Shown here piece after piece: positions 29,123-39,304 of a DNA stretch of 64,000 nucleotides. Positions within the stretch are counted from its first letter, which is position 1. Each line of letters starts with the position of its first letter. The position numbers and the translations under genes are program-made. Origin of the DNA: Vulcanimicrobiaceae bacterium (GTDB lineage: Bacteria; Acidobacteriota; Terriglobia; Acidiferrales; UBA7541); the NCBI GenBank assembly GCA_035484435.1, contig DATHOY010000041.1, positions 1,039-65,038 of the forward strand, written 5' to 3'. Below the pieces are notes generated by a model, which did not search any database, was not told the DNA's origin, and was given only the letters and a program-made list of their open reading frames with translations.

Positions 29123-29681
29123 TGGAACTCCAATAAAATGAAATAAATGCTAAAAAGCCTTCTAATAACCTGTTTCCCCAAAAACCAACTCTAGCGAAAA
29201 ACATCACGATTTTCTTGAAACAACAAAAAACGCCGGAAAGGGCCGAACTTGCTTACCTTGAAGGGAGAAGGTAGGCTCCTGCAGGAAAGGAGTCGCAGCA
29301 TGGTCTTTCCTCGCCGTGTTCAAACCCCTTGCTTTTTTATGATGAGTTGGCTGGCAGTTTGGGGTTCCCTGCCGTTTGCCGCGCTTTTGCTCGGTCAGCA
29401 GCCGTCCTGTCGCTGAGCGCTACTTTCGCACCAGCGCCAACTGCGGCAGCACCGCACCATTCGAAGACACCGCACCATCCGCATTGTGCGCGGCATTGTG
29501 GTACGTCAGCGTGCACGTATTCGAGACTCTCTTTGACTTCCCGATCGAATGCTCAATAGATTTCAAACCCCGCACACATTGCTCTGGGTGCGCTGTATGC
29601 CTCCGTACGTATTCATTCGTGCTGCCGGCCAGCACACGACTCCTGGCCGATGTAGGAGAGAAGGCGGAAAAAAAAGGGAGA

Positions 29682-29734
29682 TTGACAACGGAAGTAAATG
29701 AAAGTAAAAGAAAGGAATCGAAAGTTATCGGAAG
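29682..29734 (+). promoter_or_regulatory. Sigma70 promoter (TTGACA-N17-TAAAAG) overlapped by five 10-bp-phased G(A/G)AAG repeats, an AgaR-type operator
   Basis: GGAAG 29690, GAAAG 29700/29710/29720, GGAAG 29730; reverse complement CTTTC matches the described AgaR motif; agaR-like gene lies in the operon. Confidence 0.75.
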
Positions 29735-29776
29735 CGCGCCAAATACTTTCCCATCGGAGCGCGCCGGGGGTGATAG

Positions 29777-32700
29777 ATGCGCTTGGCAATTCAAAGCTCT
29801 CGGATTTTGCATGCACTGCTCCTCGCCATCCTGTTCTTCCTATCTGGCGTGGGAACGCGACTCGCCGGACAGTCCACATACACGGCCCAGTTGACGGGGG
29901 TCGTCACAGACGCTTCCGGCGGCGTGGTGCCCGGCGCAAAGGTGACACTCACCGATCAAGCCACTAGCGTCAGCCAATCCTATGCGACCGATGGCCGAGG
30001 CGTTTACGTGTTCACGGGGGTCCGGCCGGGGACATACAACATCCGCGCGGAGGCGCCGAATCTCGCGACGCGGGAGCGCAAGGGCATGGTGCTGGCGGTC
30101 AGCCAGCAGGCCACTCTCGATTTCACTCTGTCCCCCAGAGGCGTCTCTGAAAGCGTTACGGTGACGGGCCAGGCGCCCTTGCTGGATACTGGTAACGCCA
30201 GCCTGGGTACGGATGTGACTAATGAATATGTGCGGGACATTCCGCTTCCCGATCGTAGTTTCTTCGGGCTGGTTTTTCTCGCCGGCGGCGTGACGGAATC
30301 CGCCGGTTCCGGAATTCAGGACTCTTATCCTTCGGGAACAAACTTTGTCTCCAACGGCCAGCGCAATGCCACCGCGGAGGTGCGTATGGATGGAGCGTTG
30401 ACTAGCGCACCGGAACAGGGCGAAGGAGGTACAACCAACGTTTATTACCAACCTTCAGTGGAGATCGTTCAGGAATTCAAAGTTGAGAACAATAGCTTCT
30501 CCGCGGAATACGGCAACAACGGCGGCACGGTCGTCAATCTCGTATTGAAAGAAGGTGGGAATCAGTTTCACGGCAGCGGATGGTGGTTCGGGCAACGTTC
30601 CGCTCTGGATGCCAACGATTTTTTCAATAATGCGGCAGGAATTCCCAAGCCAGACCACTTGCGCGATCAGTACGGCTTCTCTTTGGGCGGCCCGATTCGC
30701 AAGCAAAAGACTTTTTTCTTTCTTGATCTTGAAAAGGTCCGCGACAACGTCGCCGTCAATTTTTCGGGTAATGTGCCCACCGCTGATGAACGGCTTGGCA
30801 ATTTCTCCGCGGACAGTACTTCCATCTTCAACCCGTCTCAGTGCTTGACCCACGATCCTACGACTATGCAATGCACTCAGCGACAACAGTTCGTCGGAGA
30901 TAGCACAAATTTTGACGCAAATCACAATCCCCTTGCTGGGGTGCCCAATGTCATCCCCACTGGGATGATTGACCAGATTGGCCGGAAAATCATCAATCTA
31001 TATCCGCTCCCGAACGTTCAAGGAAATCCCAACTTCAACTACCGTCAGTCTACAGTCGCATCGAGTTCCGGCTATCAATACGACATAAAAATCGACCATA
31101 ACTTTAGCGACAAGATGCACCTTTCTGGCCGCTACAGCCATTTGTACTCAGATTTCTCCACACCCTTTTTCCTTGCCGATGGCACAGATGCCGTTGGAAA
31201 TACGATCAACGATGGCTTGGCGGGTGATACCGTGGTTCACAACGGCGGGGCGGAGTTCAATTGGACCCTCACGCCAACGACACTTTGGAGCAGCCGCTTC
31301 GCTTTGGATCGGGTAAGTTCCCCAGGGCACTCTCTTGGACCCACGCTCTCATCTGTGGGGTTTCCTCCGATCCTCGAACAGGCAAATGGGCTCGACCGCA
31401 TGCCCACGATTCAGATGGATTTCGGTGCGCCGATGAACCAATTGTCGCTCTTCAATCAGTGCTGCACGGATGTGACTTTTGGCCACACCTTGTTTTCGTA
31501 TTCCTCTGCTATTTCGTTCATACGTGGAAGGCACACCCTGAAAACAGGATTCGAACAGCGCCAGTTTCTCAACAACTTTGGCCAGCCAAACAATCCGACG
31601 GGGCTCTTTTACTTCCCCCAAAATATCACTGGCGTGTCTCCAACGGACACGACAGGGCAAGGCAATTCTTTTGCCGACCTGCTCCTAGGCTATGGAGATC
31701 CCGGCAATAGCCAGATCAACATTCAGCCCAGCGTTGCTGACAAGTCTTGGGAAACCGCGTTTTATATTCAAGATGACTTCAAGGTCAGCGCACGTCTGAC
31801 TGTGAACCTGGGGCTCCGTTATGAGTGGAGCACACCATACACGGAGCGCCACAACCATCAGCAGTACAGCGATTTCACAGGAAATACTGGAATTTCCGTC
31901 CCACTTCCGTCTGCGATGGATCCTTCAACGCTGACACCAACTGCACTCACTGGTACCACCCTGTTTGTCGGTCAGGGTGGATTCGGACGGCATTTGCCGG
32001 TGGATCACAATAACGTCGCTCCCCGGTTGGGCTTTGCATATTCCTTGAATCAGAAAACGGTAATTCGAGGGGGAGCTGGAATTTATTACGGATTGAATCC
32101 TGCCACAAACTTTCAGTACACGGGTACGGCGTTCAGTTCGAGTGGAAACGTGTTTTTTACCCTGGATAATTTTAATACGCGGTACGCCACCCTGGAGAAT
32201 CCGTTTCCGAATGGGCTGCCAGTTCCGCAGGGAATGCAGTACGGCGCAAATCCCAATTGGGGCTTCTCCAACAGTAATAATCTTGGCACTGAAACAGCTC
32301 GCAATGCGGAGATTTATCAATGGAACGTGGGCTTTCAAAGGCTTCTCCCCTGGGAAATCACGATTGGTGTCGACTATTCGGCCAGCCGTAGTACTCATCT
32401 TCCCTGGGGTGGTGATAACGTCACCACGACGCGCAATCGAAATTTCCTTTCATCCGATCTGCGTTCACAAATCTCAGCTGCCCAGCATGCGGCGGACCCG
32501 AATTGCGATGCGGATGGCTGCGTCACGGCTTATTTGACTCAGTTGGTGGACAACCCCTTCCAATCTCTTTTTGTCCAGGTTCCGGGGCAGCCCGCGCCAA
32601 TGTTCAACTCGCCTTCGTCTCTCTACACCCAACCGCAGGTCTCGCTGATCAATCTGCTACGCCCTTATCCCCAATTTCCCGGTTCGTTCACGGGACTTCC

Positions 32701-33502
32701 TAACTTGGGTGCCAATGCGTCTTATAACTCGATGCAGGTACGGTTTCAGAAACGCGCGAACCACTACCTGAGCTTCGAAGGCAACTATACGCTTTCCAAG
32801 GCTACTGATGACTCCTCCGCTGGATTCAACGCATTTGTTGGAACCCTCAATGCCGGAAACGTGCAGCAGCTCGATCGGCTAAAGAGTGAGCATGCCATTA
32901 GCGCGAACGACGCTACCAACCGCTTCGTGCTGGCCGCCATAGTGGATCTTCCTGTTGGGCGAGGCCGATGGATCGGCAGGGATATGAATCGGATTTTCGA
33001 CGGCGTAGTCGGAGGCTGGGCGGTCGCGGCCCTCATCACGCGTCAAACTGGCCAGCCTCTCGCGTTCAGCACTGCGGAAGGGGCAAACGGGCTCTTCCTC
33101 GATGGCAATCAACGGCCAAACATTCTTTGCAATGCCTCCCAGCTCGGCAGCGGGATCAGCTATCATCAGGCCGCTGCAAATGGACTGAGCGGAATTGGTA
33201 ACCCTTCTGTGTTCAATAATTCCTGTTTTTCATTCCCCGGCGACGAAGTTCCCGGCAACGCTTCTAGGTACATTCCAACGTTGCGAACGGACGGGGTTCA
33301 CAATATGGACCTCTCCTTTACGAAGGAGTTTCAGATTAAGGAACACATGTCGCTCCAGGTGCGAGGCGAGTTTTTCAACTTCACTAACACGCCACGCTTT
33401 GCGGCCGCGAATACCAGCGTGGATAGCGGGAGCTTCGGTACGGTGACAAGCACGGCGAATTCACCACGCCATACACAGTTTGGCGTCCGGTTCCAGTTTT
33501 AG
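29777..33502 (+). CDS. TonB-dependent receptor (acidobacterial type)
   Basis: Signal peptide; TGVVTDASGGVVPGA, VQEFKVENNSFSAEYG, RDQYGFSLGGP, FYIQDDFKV, NNVAPRLGFAY; terminal RFQF. Confidence 0.93.
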   Translation: MRLAIQSSRILHALLLAILFFLSGVGTRLAGQSTYTAQLTGVVTDASGGVVPGAKVTLTDQATSVSQSYATDGRGVYVFTGVRPGTYNIRAEAPNLATRERKGMVLAVSQQATLDFTLSPRGVSESVTVTGQAPLLDTGNASLGTDVTNEYVRDIPLPDRSFFGLVFLAGGVTESAGSGIQDSYPSGTNFVSNGQRNATAEVRMDGALTSAPEQGEGGTTNVYYQPSVEIVQEFKVENNSFSAEYGNNGGTVVNLVLKEGGNQFHGSGWWFGQRSALDANDFFNNAAGIPKPDHLRDQYGFSLGGPIRKQKTFFFLDLEKVRDNVAVNFSGNVPTADERLGNFSADSTSIFNPSQCLTHDPTTMQCTQRQQFVGDSTNFDANHNPLAGVPNVIPTGMIDQIGRKIINLYPLPNVQGNPNFNYRQSTVASSSGYQYDIKIDHNFSDKMHLSGRYSHLYSDFSTPFFLADGTDAVGNTINDGLAGDTVVHNGGAEFNWTLTPTTLWSSRFALDRVSSPGHSLGPTLSSVGFPPILEQANGLDRMPTIQMDFGAPMNQLSLFNQCCTDVTFGHTLFSYSSAISFIRGRHTLKTGFEQRQFLNNFGQPNNPTGLFYFPQNITGVSPTDTTGQGNSFADLLLGYGDPGNSQINIQPSVADKSWETAFYIQDDFKVSARLTVNLGLRYEWSTPYTERHNHQQYSDFTGNTGISVPLPSAMDPSTLTPTALTGTTLFVGQGGFGRHLPVDHNNVAPRLGFAYSLNQKTVIRGGAGIYYGLNPATNFQYTGTAFSSSGNVFFTLDNFNTRYATLENPFPNGLPVPQGMQYGANPNWGFSNSNNLGTETARNAEIYQWNVGFQRLLPWEITIGVDYSASRSTHLPWGGDNVTTTRNRNFLSSDLRSQISAAQHAADPNCDADGCVTAYLTQLVDNPFQSLFVQVPGQPAPMFNSPSSLYTQPQVSLINLLRPYPQFPGSFTGLPNLGANASYNSMQVRFQKRANHYLSFEGNYTLSKATDDSSAGFNAFVGTLNAGNVQQLDRLKSEHAISANDATNRFVLAAIVDLPVGRGRWIGRDMNRIFDGVVGGWAVAALITRQTGQPLAFSTAEGANGLFLDGNQRPNILCNASQLGSGISYHQAAANGLSGIGNPSVFNNSCFSFPGDEVPGNASRYIPTLRTDGVHNMDLSFTKEFQIKEHMSLQVRGEFFNFTNTPRFAAANTSVDSGSFGTVTSTANSPRHTQFGVRFQF

Positions 33503-33514
33503 GTTGAGGGCTCG

Positions 33515-35407
33515 ATGCAGCTACTCGTCAAAATATTCGTTTGTGGAATGGTCTATCTGAATTTGCTGGTGGGGGCCGGCGCACAGGAACAGAACTGGTC
33601 CCATTTCGCGCGCATTGGCGCCTACGGTTTGCGGGCTGACAATGCGGAAGCAATTGTTCGCGATGCCACCAGCAGTCACGTCTTTGGCATTGAAGTCGAC
33701 AACGACATTCCCGGGCGGTACGAGAGCTACCTGAATCCTGCTGAAAAACTTCAGGCGATCCGGGCCGTGGCGGAGGCTGCGCACAAAGCGAAAAACTACG
33801 CTTTTGTGTACATCGCCGGCACCGAATGCATCACCGCGAACGCGGAGAAGTCGCCGCATTCCGTGATGAAAGACCATCCCGACTGGTTGCAACGCAAAAT
33901 CACCGGCGAACCCGCCGTCTTCACTTCGGGAGCGGCGTTTTGGATCAGCCCTGGCGACGAGGACGTGTGGATCAGCCCGTACGCGAAAGAATGGCGCAAA
34001 ACTTACATGCAACGTGTTCGGCAAATAGCCGAGACGGGGATCGATGGAATTTACGTCGACATTCCTTACTGGATGACCCACTTCGACGGCTGGGAAAACA
34101 CGTGGGCGAGTTTCGATGATGCCACCGTCGCGGCGTTTCACGAAAAGACCGGCCTCGACGCGAAAAAGGATCTCAAGTTGGGTGATTTCCAGGACTCCAA
34201 TTTCCGCAAGTGGATCGATTTTCGCATCGAGACCATGACGGATTTCGTCAAAGAGATCCGCGACAACGCGCGAACCGTCAACCCGCGGATTTTTATCATC
34301 CCGGAAATTTATCCGGGAATCGAGCAGGAATCAACCCGCGTCGGCGCCGACGTCTACCAGATGTATGGCGTCATGGATGCCATCGCCCATGAATACGAGT
34401 TCGGCGAGGGAGAACACATGGCCTCCTCTCGCTCGCAGCTTGACTGGTTCCTGTACCAGGCGGGGATGTTGACGTTTCGTGCTTTCGCGGCTGGAAAGGC
34501 AACCTGGATTTTGAACTACTCGTGGGACGGCGACAAGAATGTTGATCCCCGGGAAGCTATGAAGAATCTCGCGATGTCGCAAGTCGTGGACGGGGCAAAC
34601 TTCTGGGATGCTCCCGGGCACTCCATGGCGGGATCCAACGACAAAGCCACGCGCACGGAAATTTTCCAATGGATCGAGAAGAACGAAAAGATCCTCTACT
34701 CGCCTCGGCTACCAATGCATCCTGTGGGGGTGTACTTCTCGCCCAAGAGCCGGGACTATGATCCGGGCGGATTTCTCCCTTCGTATCGCGGCGTGTTGGT
34801 AATGCTCCTGCAATCGCACCTTGAATTTCAGGTGATCTCGCCCAAAACGCTCGCGGAGTTTCACGGCCAGGTCCTGGTGCTTCCAAACGTTACCGTCCTC
34901 ACCGACGCCGAAAGGCGTTCGCTTAAACGCTTGGCGGAGAATGGCACCCGCCTCGTAATAACAGGGCACAATACAACCGGCCTTGCGGGTTCCGGTCAAA
35001 TTGTGTCCCTTGATAATTGCCCTGCGAGTCTGTATTTGGGCAAACTGGGAAAGAACTTTCTAGCCGGGTCTCAGGATATGCCGGGGGAATTTGTAACACT
35101 GATGAAAGTGAAAAGTGATATTCGAATTGAGGCGCCGCCAACGGTTGCCGTGAACTTCGCGCAAGTCAACGGCACGCCACATCTGTTTCTCGCGAATTTC
35201 AGCGGACTGGTTCCCGGGGAAATCGCGACTCCATCGGCGGTCTCGGGGAGCAAAGTCAGTATTCCCGCCGGTATGGGAAATTCTTTGGCGTATCTTCCTT
35301 TCCTGGGCCAAACACAAATTCTTCATGGAACAAAACACGGCGACACGATGCAATTTGAGCTGCCCCCGATCGAACGGGGCGCGGTCGCCTGGGTCGTTGG
35401 TAATTGA
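33515..35407 (+). CDS. Exported putative glycoside hydrolase (TIM barrel plus GH42-trimerisation-like domain), family unassigned
   Basis: Signal peptide; HPDWLQ, WISPY..EW, GIDGIYVD, later VGVYFS...VLVLPNVTVLTD; directly follows the TBDR in a sugar operon. Confidence 0.6.
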   Translation: MQLLVKIFVCGMVYLNLLVGAGAQEQNWSHFARIGAYGLRADNAEAIVRDATSSHVFGIEVDNDIPGRYESYLNPAEKLQAIRAVAEAAHKAKNYAFVYIAGTECITANAEKSPHSVMKDHPDWLQRKITGEPAVFTSGAAFWISPGDEDVWISPYAKEWRKTYMQRVRQIAETGIDGIYVDIPYWMTHFDGWENTWASFDDATVAAFHEKTGLDAKKDLKLGDFQDSNFRKWIDFRIETMTDFVKEIRDNARTVNPRIFIIPEIYPGIEQESTRVGADVYQMYGVMDAIAHEYEFGEGEHMASSRSQLDWFLYQAGMLTFRAFAAGKATWILNYSWDGDKNVDPREAMKNLAMSQVVDGANFWDAPGHSMAGSNDKATRTEIFQWIEKNEKILYSPRLPMHPVGVYFSPKSRDYDPGGFLPSYRGVLVMLLQSHLEFQVISPKTLAEFHGQVLVLPNVTVLTDAERRSLKRLAENGTRLVITGHNTTGLAGSGQIVSLDNCPASLYLGKLGKNFLAGSQDMPGEFVTLMKVKSDIRIEAPPTVAVNFAQVNGTPHLFLANFSGLVPGEIATPSAVSGSKVSIPAGMGNSLAYLPFLGQTQILHGTKHGDTMQFELPPIERGAVAWVVGN

Positions 35408-35419
35408 CCGGTGGACCCG

Positions 35420-36442
35420 ATGCCATCTCTACTCAGCGCTGGAAAGCGGAAGGGCCTAGAGTCGGTCGCCGATTCGCGCGGAATCATCGCCGCCCTGGCG
35501 ATCGACCAGCGCAGCGCCCTCCGCAGTTTGTTTTCAAGGGCCCTAGGCGTCGAAGCAGCGGACGTTTCTCCGGACAAACTCTCCCAGTTCAAAGAGGCCG
35601 TAAGTTCGATCCTGACGCCGCACGCGAGTGCAATTCTATTGGATCCGGAATATGGTTTACCGGCGGCTACGAAGCGAGCCGCAAACGCCGGGCTTCTGCT
35701 GGCCTATGAGCAAACTGGATATGATAAAAATGTGCCTGGTCGGCTCCCGCGCCTGCTCAATGGGTGGTCCGTCAAACGCCTGATCGAGGCTGGCGCAAAT
35801 GCGATCAAACTGCTCTTGTATTATTCAAGCCGTTCGTCCGCGGAAATCAACGGCGCTAAATATTCATTTGTGGAAAAAGTTGGAGCGGAATGTGCTGCCG
35901 CCGATGTGCCTTTCTTCTTGGAACTGGTGAGCTATGCGGAGGACATGGACGAAAAGGGAATCGAGTTTGCTCGCATCAAGAATGAAACCGTGGCCACAGG
36001 CATGACCGAATTTTCAAAGCCGCAATACCAGGTGGACGTGTTGAAAATCGGCATGCCCGTCAATCTTTCCTTTGTCGAAGGCGCGCCTTCCTCCGCCGCA
36101 GAAATTCTTCATACGCGCGAGCAAGCGAAGCAGCAGTTCTTGTCTGCCGCAGCGTGCGCTTCCATTCCGTTCATCTACTTGTCCGAGGGCGTCAGCAATT
36201 CCGCTTTTCAGTTTGGGTTGCAACTTGCTTCCGAAGCCGGTGCCGGATTTTCGGGTGTGCTCTGCGGAAGAGCTACGTGGAAAGACGGCGTCGAGATTTT
36301 CGTCAAGCAGGGGCCTGCCGCTCTAGTGGATTGGTTGGGGCGCGAGGGTGTAAGCAACATCGAGAATGTGAATAAGTGCCTGGCCGCGGCAATCCCGTGG
36401 TTTGATGCTTGCAGGCTTGCTGTTCCCGGCAGGAATCAATAA
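35420..36442 (+). CDS. lacD: Tagatose-1,6-bisphosphate aldolase (class I, LacD)
   Basis: ALAIDQRSAL, SAILLDPEYGLPA, LLLAYEQTGYD, VDVLKI, GVLCGRATWKDG. Confidence 0.9.
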   Translation: MPSLLSAGKRKGLESVADSRGIIAALAIDQRSALRSLFSRALGVEAADVSPDKLSQFKEAVSSILTPHASAILLDPEYGLPAATKRAANAGLLLAYEQTGYDKNVPGRLPRLLNGWSVKRLIEAGANAIKLLLYYSSRSSAEINGAKYSFVEKVGAECAAADVPFFLELVSYAEDMDEKGIEFARIKNETVATGMTEFSKPQYQVDVLKIGMPVNLSFVEGAPSSAAEILHTREQAKQQFLSAAACASIPFIYLSEGVSNSAFQFGLQLASEAGAGFSGVLCGRATWKDGVEIFVKQGPAALVDWLGREGVSNIENVNKCLAAAIPWFDACRLAVPGRNQ

Positions 36443-37383
36443 TGTTTCTCTGCGTCAGCCTGAATCCCGCGGTGGACAAACGCTTGCGACTCGAAAGATT
36501 GCAGGTGGGAGGCGTGAACCGCGTGATTGAAGCAATTCCCGCTCCCGGTGGTAAAGCGGCTCACGTTGCCATGACATTGAAAACTTTGGGAGCGGATCCT
36601 CTGTGGTTGGGTTTTGCAGGTGGAGCAACAGGTAAACAGCTTGTCGAAGGTCTGCGCGGACTCGCCATTCGCGTCCACGATATCCCCACCAGCGGCTCGA
36701 CTCGAACAAATCTGGAGATTGTCGAGGACATGGGCGGTGTAACGGAAATCCTGGAGCCAGGCAAATGCATTGCCCCTGAGGAACTTCAACGGTTCGTGGA
36801 ATCTTTTACTGCACTCTTGAACGAGGCCAGTGAACAGCCAACGGTGATACTGTCAGGGAGCCTTCCGGAAGGAGTTCTGCCGGACCAGTACAGGAAGCTC
36901 GTCGAAGTGGCACACGAATTTGACAGCCGCGTGTTTCTGGACAGCAGCGGCGACCCATTCAAATTCGCCTTGGCGGGCAAACCGGACTTTGTAAAGCCCA
37001 ACCGGGCGGAAGCGGAGTCCTGGAGCGGGCAGGCGATCAGCGGTCCGTCCTCCGCGAATGAAATTCTCGGCGCTATGCTGAAAGCAGGAGCAGGTGCTGG
37101 TGCAATCACCTTGGGTTCGGCCGGATTGATCTGGCATTCTTCGACAGGTGATGCGCTTATTGCCAATGCGCCAAAGCTGTCTGCTCGATCCTGCGTCGGC
37201 AGCGGCGACTCGACATTGGCGGGATTCGCGTTTGCCGCGCAACTGCAGCTGCTTCCTGTCGACGCGGTGCGCCTTGCGGCCGCATGTGGAGCCGCCAACT
37301 GCATCGCCCCGGGGCCTGGATGCGCCCGTGCGCAAGACATCGCCAGTCTCAAAGACCAGATTCGAGTGGAAAACTTGGCGTAA
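36442..37383 (+). CDS. lacC: 1-phosphofructokinase/tagatose-6-phosphate kinase family (LacC-like)
   Basis: SLNPAVDK, PGGKAAHVA, ILSGSLP, VKPNRAE, VGSGDS; TAATG stop/start overlap with lacD. Confidence 0.8.
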   Translation: MFLCVSLNPAVDKRLRLERLQVGGVNRVIEAIPAPGGKAAHVAMTLKTLGADPLWLGFAGGATGKQLVEGLRGLAIRVHDIPTSGSTRTNLEIVEDMGGVTEILEPGKCIAPEELQRFVESFTALLNEASEQPTVILSGSLPEGVLPDQYRKLVEVAHEFDSRVFLDSSGDPFKFALAGKPDFVKPNRAEAESWSGQAISGPSSANEILGAMLKAGAGAGAITLGSAGLIWHSSTGDALIANAPKLSARSCVGSGDSTLAGFAFAAQLQLLPVDAVRLAAACGAANCIAPGPGCARAQDIASLKDQIRVENLA

Positions 37384-37413
37384 TTCATTAAGAAAGGCTG
37401 GAGCCACCATCTC

Positions 37414-38175
37414 ATGCTGAGCGAGGAACGCCGCCGCGAAATCCTGGAACTTTTGCGCACGGATGGCCGCGTCCTCGTGCGCGATCTTTCCAAACACTTT
37501 CGCACGTCGCAAATTACCATTCGCAAGGATCTGGAATCTCTTCACCATGAAGGCCAGTTGGAAAGAACCCATGGTGGAGCGCTCCCCAAAGAGACCGGCG
37601 CCCTAAAAGACAGCCCGCTTCGGGAAAAAGAGCGCCAGCACCGCCAGGAGAAAATCCGGATTGCCGCGGCGGCTGCGCGCAAGCTGCGCCCCGGGCAGGT
37701 GATCATTCTGGATTCCGGCACCACCACCACTGCGATTGCGCGAGCCTGCCGGAATATCAAGAATCTTACGATCATCACTAACGCCACAAACATCGCCGCG
37801 GAACTTGCGGACTCCTCCGTTGAGGTAATCCTCACCGGAGGAGTCTTGCGTCAGAACTCGTACTCGCTCGTCGGCCCGCTGGCGGAAGACTCGCTTCGGA
37901 AACTCAGCGCCGATCTCCTCTTCCTGGGAGTGGATGGGTTTGACGTTCGTTATGGATTGACCACGCCCAATCTTTTGGAAGCACGCGTAAACCGGGCGAT
38001 GGCGGAAGCTGCCCGGCGCACGGTCATCGTCTGCGATTCCAGTAAATTTGGACGCCGGAGCCTGTCGCTGATTATGCCCGCATCCTCCGTGCACGAAGCA
38101 ATAACCGACAAGAATATTTCCAAGCATGACCTTAAGTCGCTCCGCGAAGCAGACATTGAAGTGACACTGGTATAG
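37414..38175 (+). CDS. agaR: DeoR-family transcriptional repressor, AgaR-like
   Basis: ERRREILE...SQITIRKDL HTH, RTHGGA, ILDSGTTT, LFLGVDGFD, DSSKFGRRS. Confidence 0.85.
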   Translation: MLSEERRREILELLRTDGRVLVRDLSKHFRTSQITIRKDLESLHHEGQLERTHGGALPKETGALKDSPLREKERQHRQEKIRIAAAAARKLRPGQVIILDSGTTTTAIARACRNIKNLTIITNATNIAAELADSSVEVILTGGVLRQNSYSLVGPLAEDSLRKLSADLLFLGVDGFDVRYGLTTPNLLEARVNRAMAEAARRTVIVCDSSKFGRRSLSLIMPASSVHEAITDKNISKHDLKSLREADIEVTLV

Positions 38176-38207
38176 CGTCGAAAATCCAGCATCTGGAAAG
38201 AGCATCA

Positions 38208-39284
38208 ATGGCGATCAAACCGACAGGCTACGCCCGATCAGAAACCTACAATGAAATTCTGTCCCAGGGTGACGTCTGGCAATCCGTCTTGCAGCAACTG
38301 AAGCAAGGCGGGGCCGCGGAAACAATCTTGCAGACCGGCAACCAGAAGGCGTCATGGCTGTTTGTCGGATGCGGCACCAGTTTCTATCTGGCGGACGCCG
38401 CCGCAACTTCGTGGACCTTGTTAACCGGTGAGCCGGCCCGGGCCGTTCCGGGTTCTGAGGTTTTGCTGTACCCCGCTTTGACACGTTCGGGCTCAACCGA
38501 TTTGCGCGCGATTGTGATTTCGCGTTCTGGACGCACCTCGGAAGCCGTTCGTGCCGCCCATGTGCTTCGGAAAAAAATGCAGATACCCACAATTGGGATT
38601 ACCTGCGCTGAAAAGAGCGAGCTGGAAGCCGAGTGCGATACGACCTTGGTGTTAAAGGCAGCGGATGAGAAGAGCACGGTCATGACCCGATCTTTTACGT
38701 CCATGCTAATCAGTCTGCAATGGACGGCGGCGCGGCGAGCGGGAAACGCTGAGTTCTGCAGCTCCCTGCAAGAGATGGCCATCCAATTCGCTACTCGGAT
38801 CGGTTCTCTGGCGGAATACATGGAGGCCTTTGTCGAGCGACGATCCTTTGAAGATTATGTTTTTCTTGGCCAGGGCCCTTTTCACGGCATCGCGCGCGAA
38901 GCTGCTCTTAAAGTGATGGAGATGTCCTGCTCCTACAGCCAGTCTTTTCACACCCTGGAATTCCGTCACGGCCCGAAAGCGATCGTAACGCCCCGCACGG
39001 CCCTGACGTTTTTCTTGAGCCAATCGGGGATTGCATCCGAAATCGAGGTTCTGGAAGAAATGAAGGAATTGGGAGGGGTTACGATCTCCATCTGCAATGC
39101 GGCGAATGAAGATATCCGGCGGGCTTCCGATCTTATTCTTGAACTGAACTTGCCGGGCGATGAGTTGACGCAGCTTGCGTCGCACATTGTGCCCTCGCAG
39201 TTGATGGGGTTTTTTACAGGAGTGGGCAAGGGACTCAATCCGGACCAACCGAAAAACCTTACCCGCGTTGTGGTGCTGGACTAG
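38208..39284 (+). CDS. agaS: Double-SIS-domain sugar-phosphate deaminase/isomerase, AgaS-like
   Basis: FVGCGTSFY, ISRSGRTSE, VMTRSFTSM, EAALKVME, EFRHGPKAIV, NPDQPKNLTRVV. Confidence 0.75.
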   Translation: MAIKPTGYARSETYNEILSQGDVWQSVLQQLKQGGAAETILQTGNQKASWLFVGCGTSFYLADAAATSWTLLTGEPARAVPGSEVLLYPALTRSGSTDLRAIVISRSGRTSEAVRAAHVLRKKMQIPTIGITCAEKSELEAECDTTLVLKAADEKSTVMTRSFTSMLISLQWTAARRAGNAEFCSSLQEMAIQFATRIGSLAEYMEAFVERRSFEDYVFLGQGPFHGIAREAALKVMEMSCSYSQSFHTLEFRHGPKAIVTPRTALTFFLSQSGIASEIEVLEEMKELGGVTISICNAANEDIRRASDLILELNLPGDELTQLASHIVPSQLMGFFTGVGKGLNPDQPKNLTRVVVLD

Positions 39285-39304
39285 CTGGATAAGGAGACGA
39301 TCTC

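Noticed and set aside
29030-29125. Intact tRNA gene
   Set aside because: Only the T-loop and acceptor 3' part is recognisable; upstream bases cannot form the T-stem or a cloverleaf, and there is no CCA
29329-29894. Short ORFs in the gap before the TBDR (29329, 29376, 29420, 29613)
   Set aside because: No motifs or convincing RBS; most overlap the promoter/operator or the TBDR start
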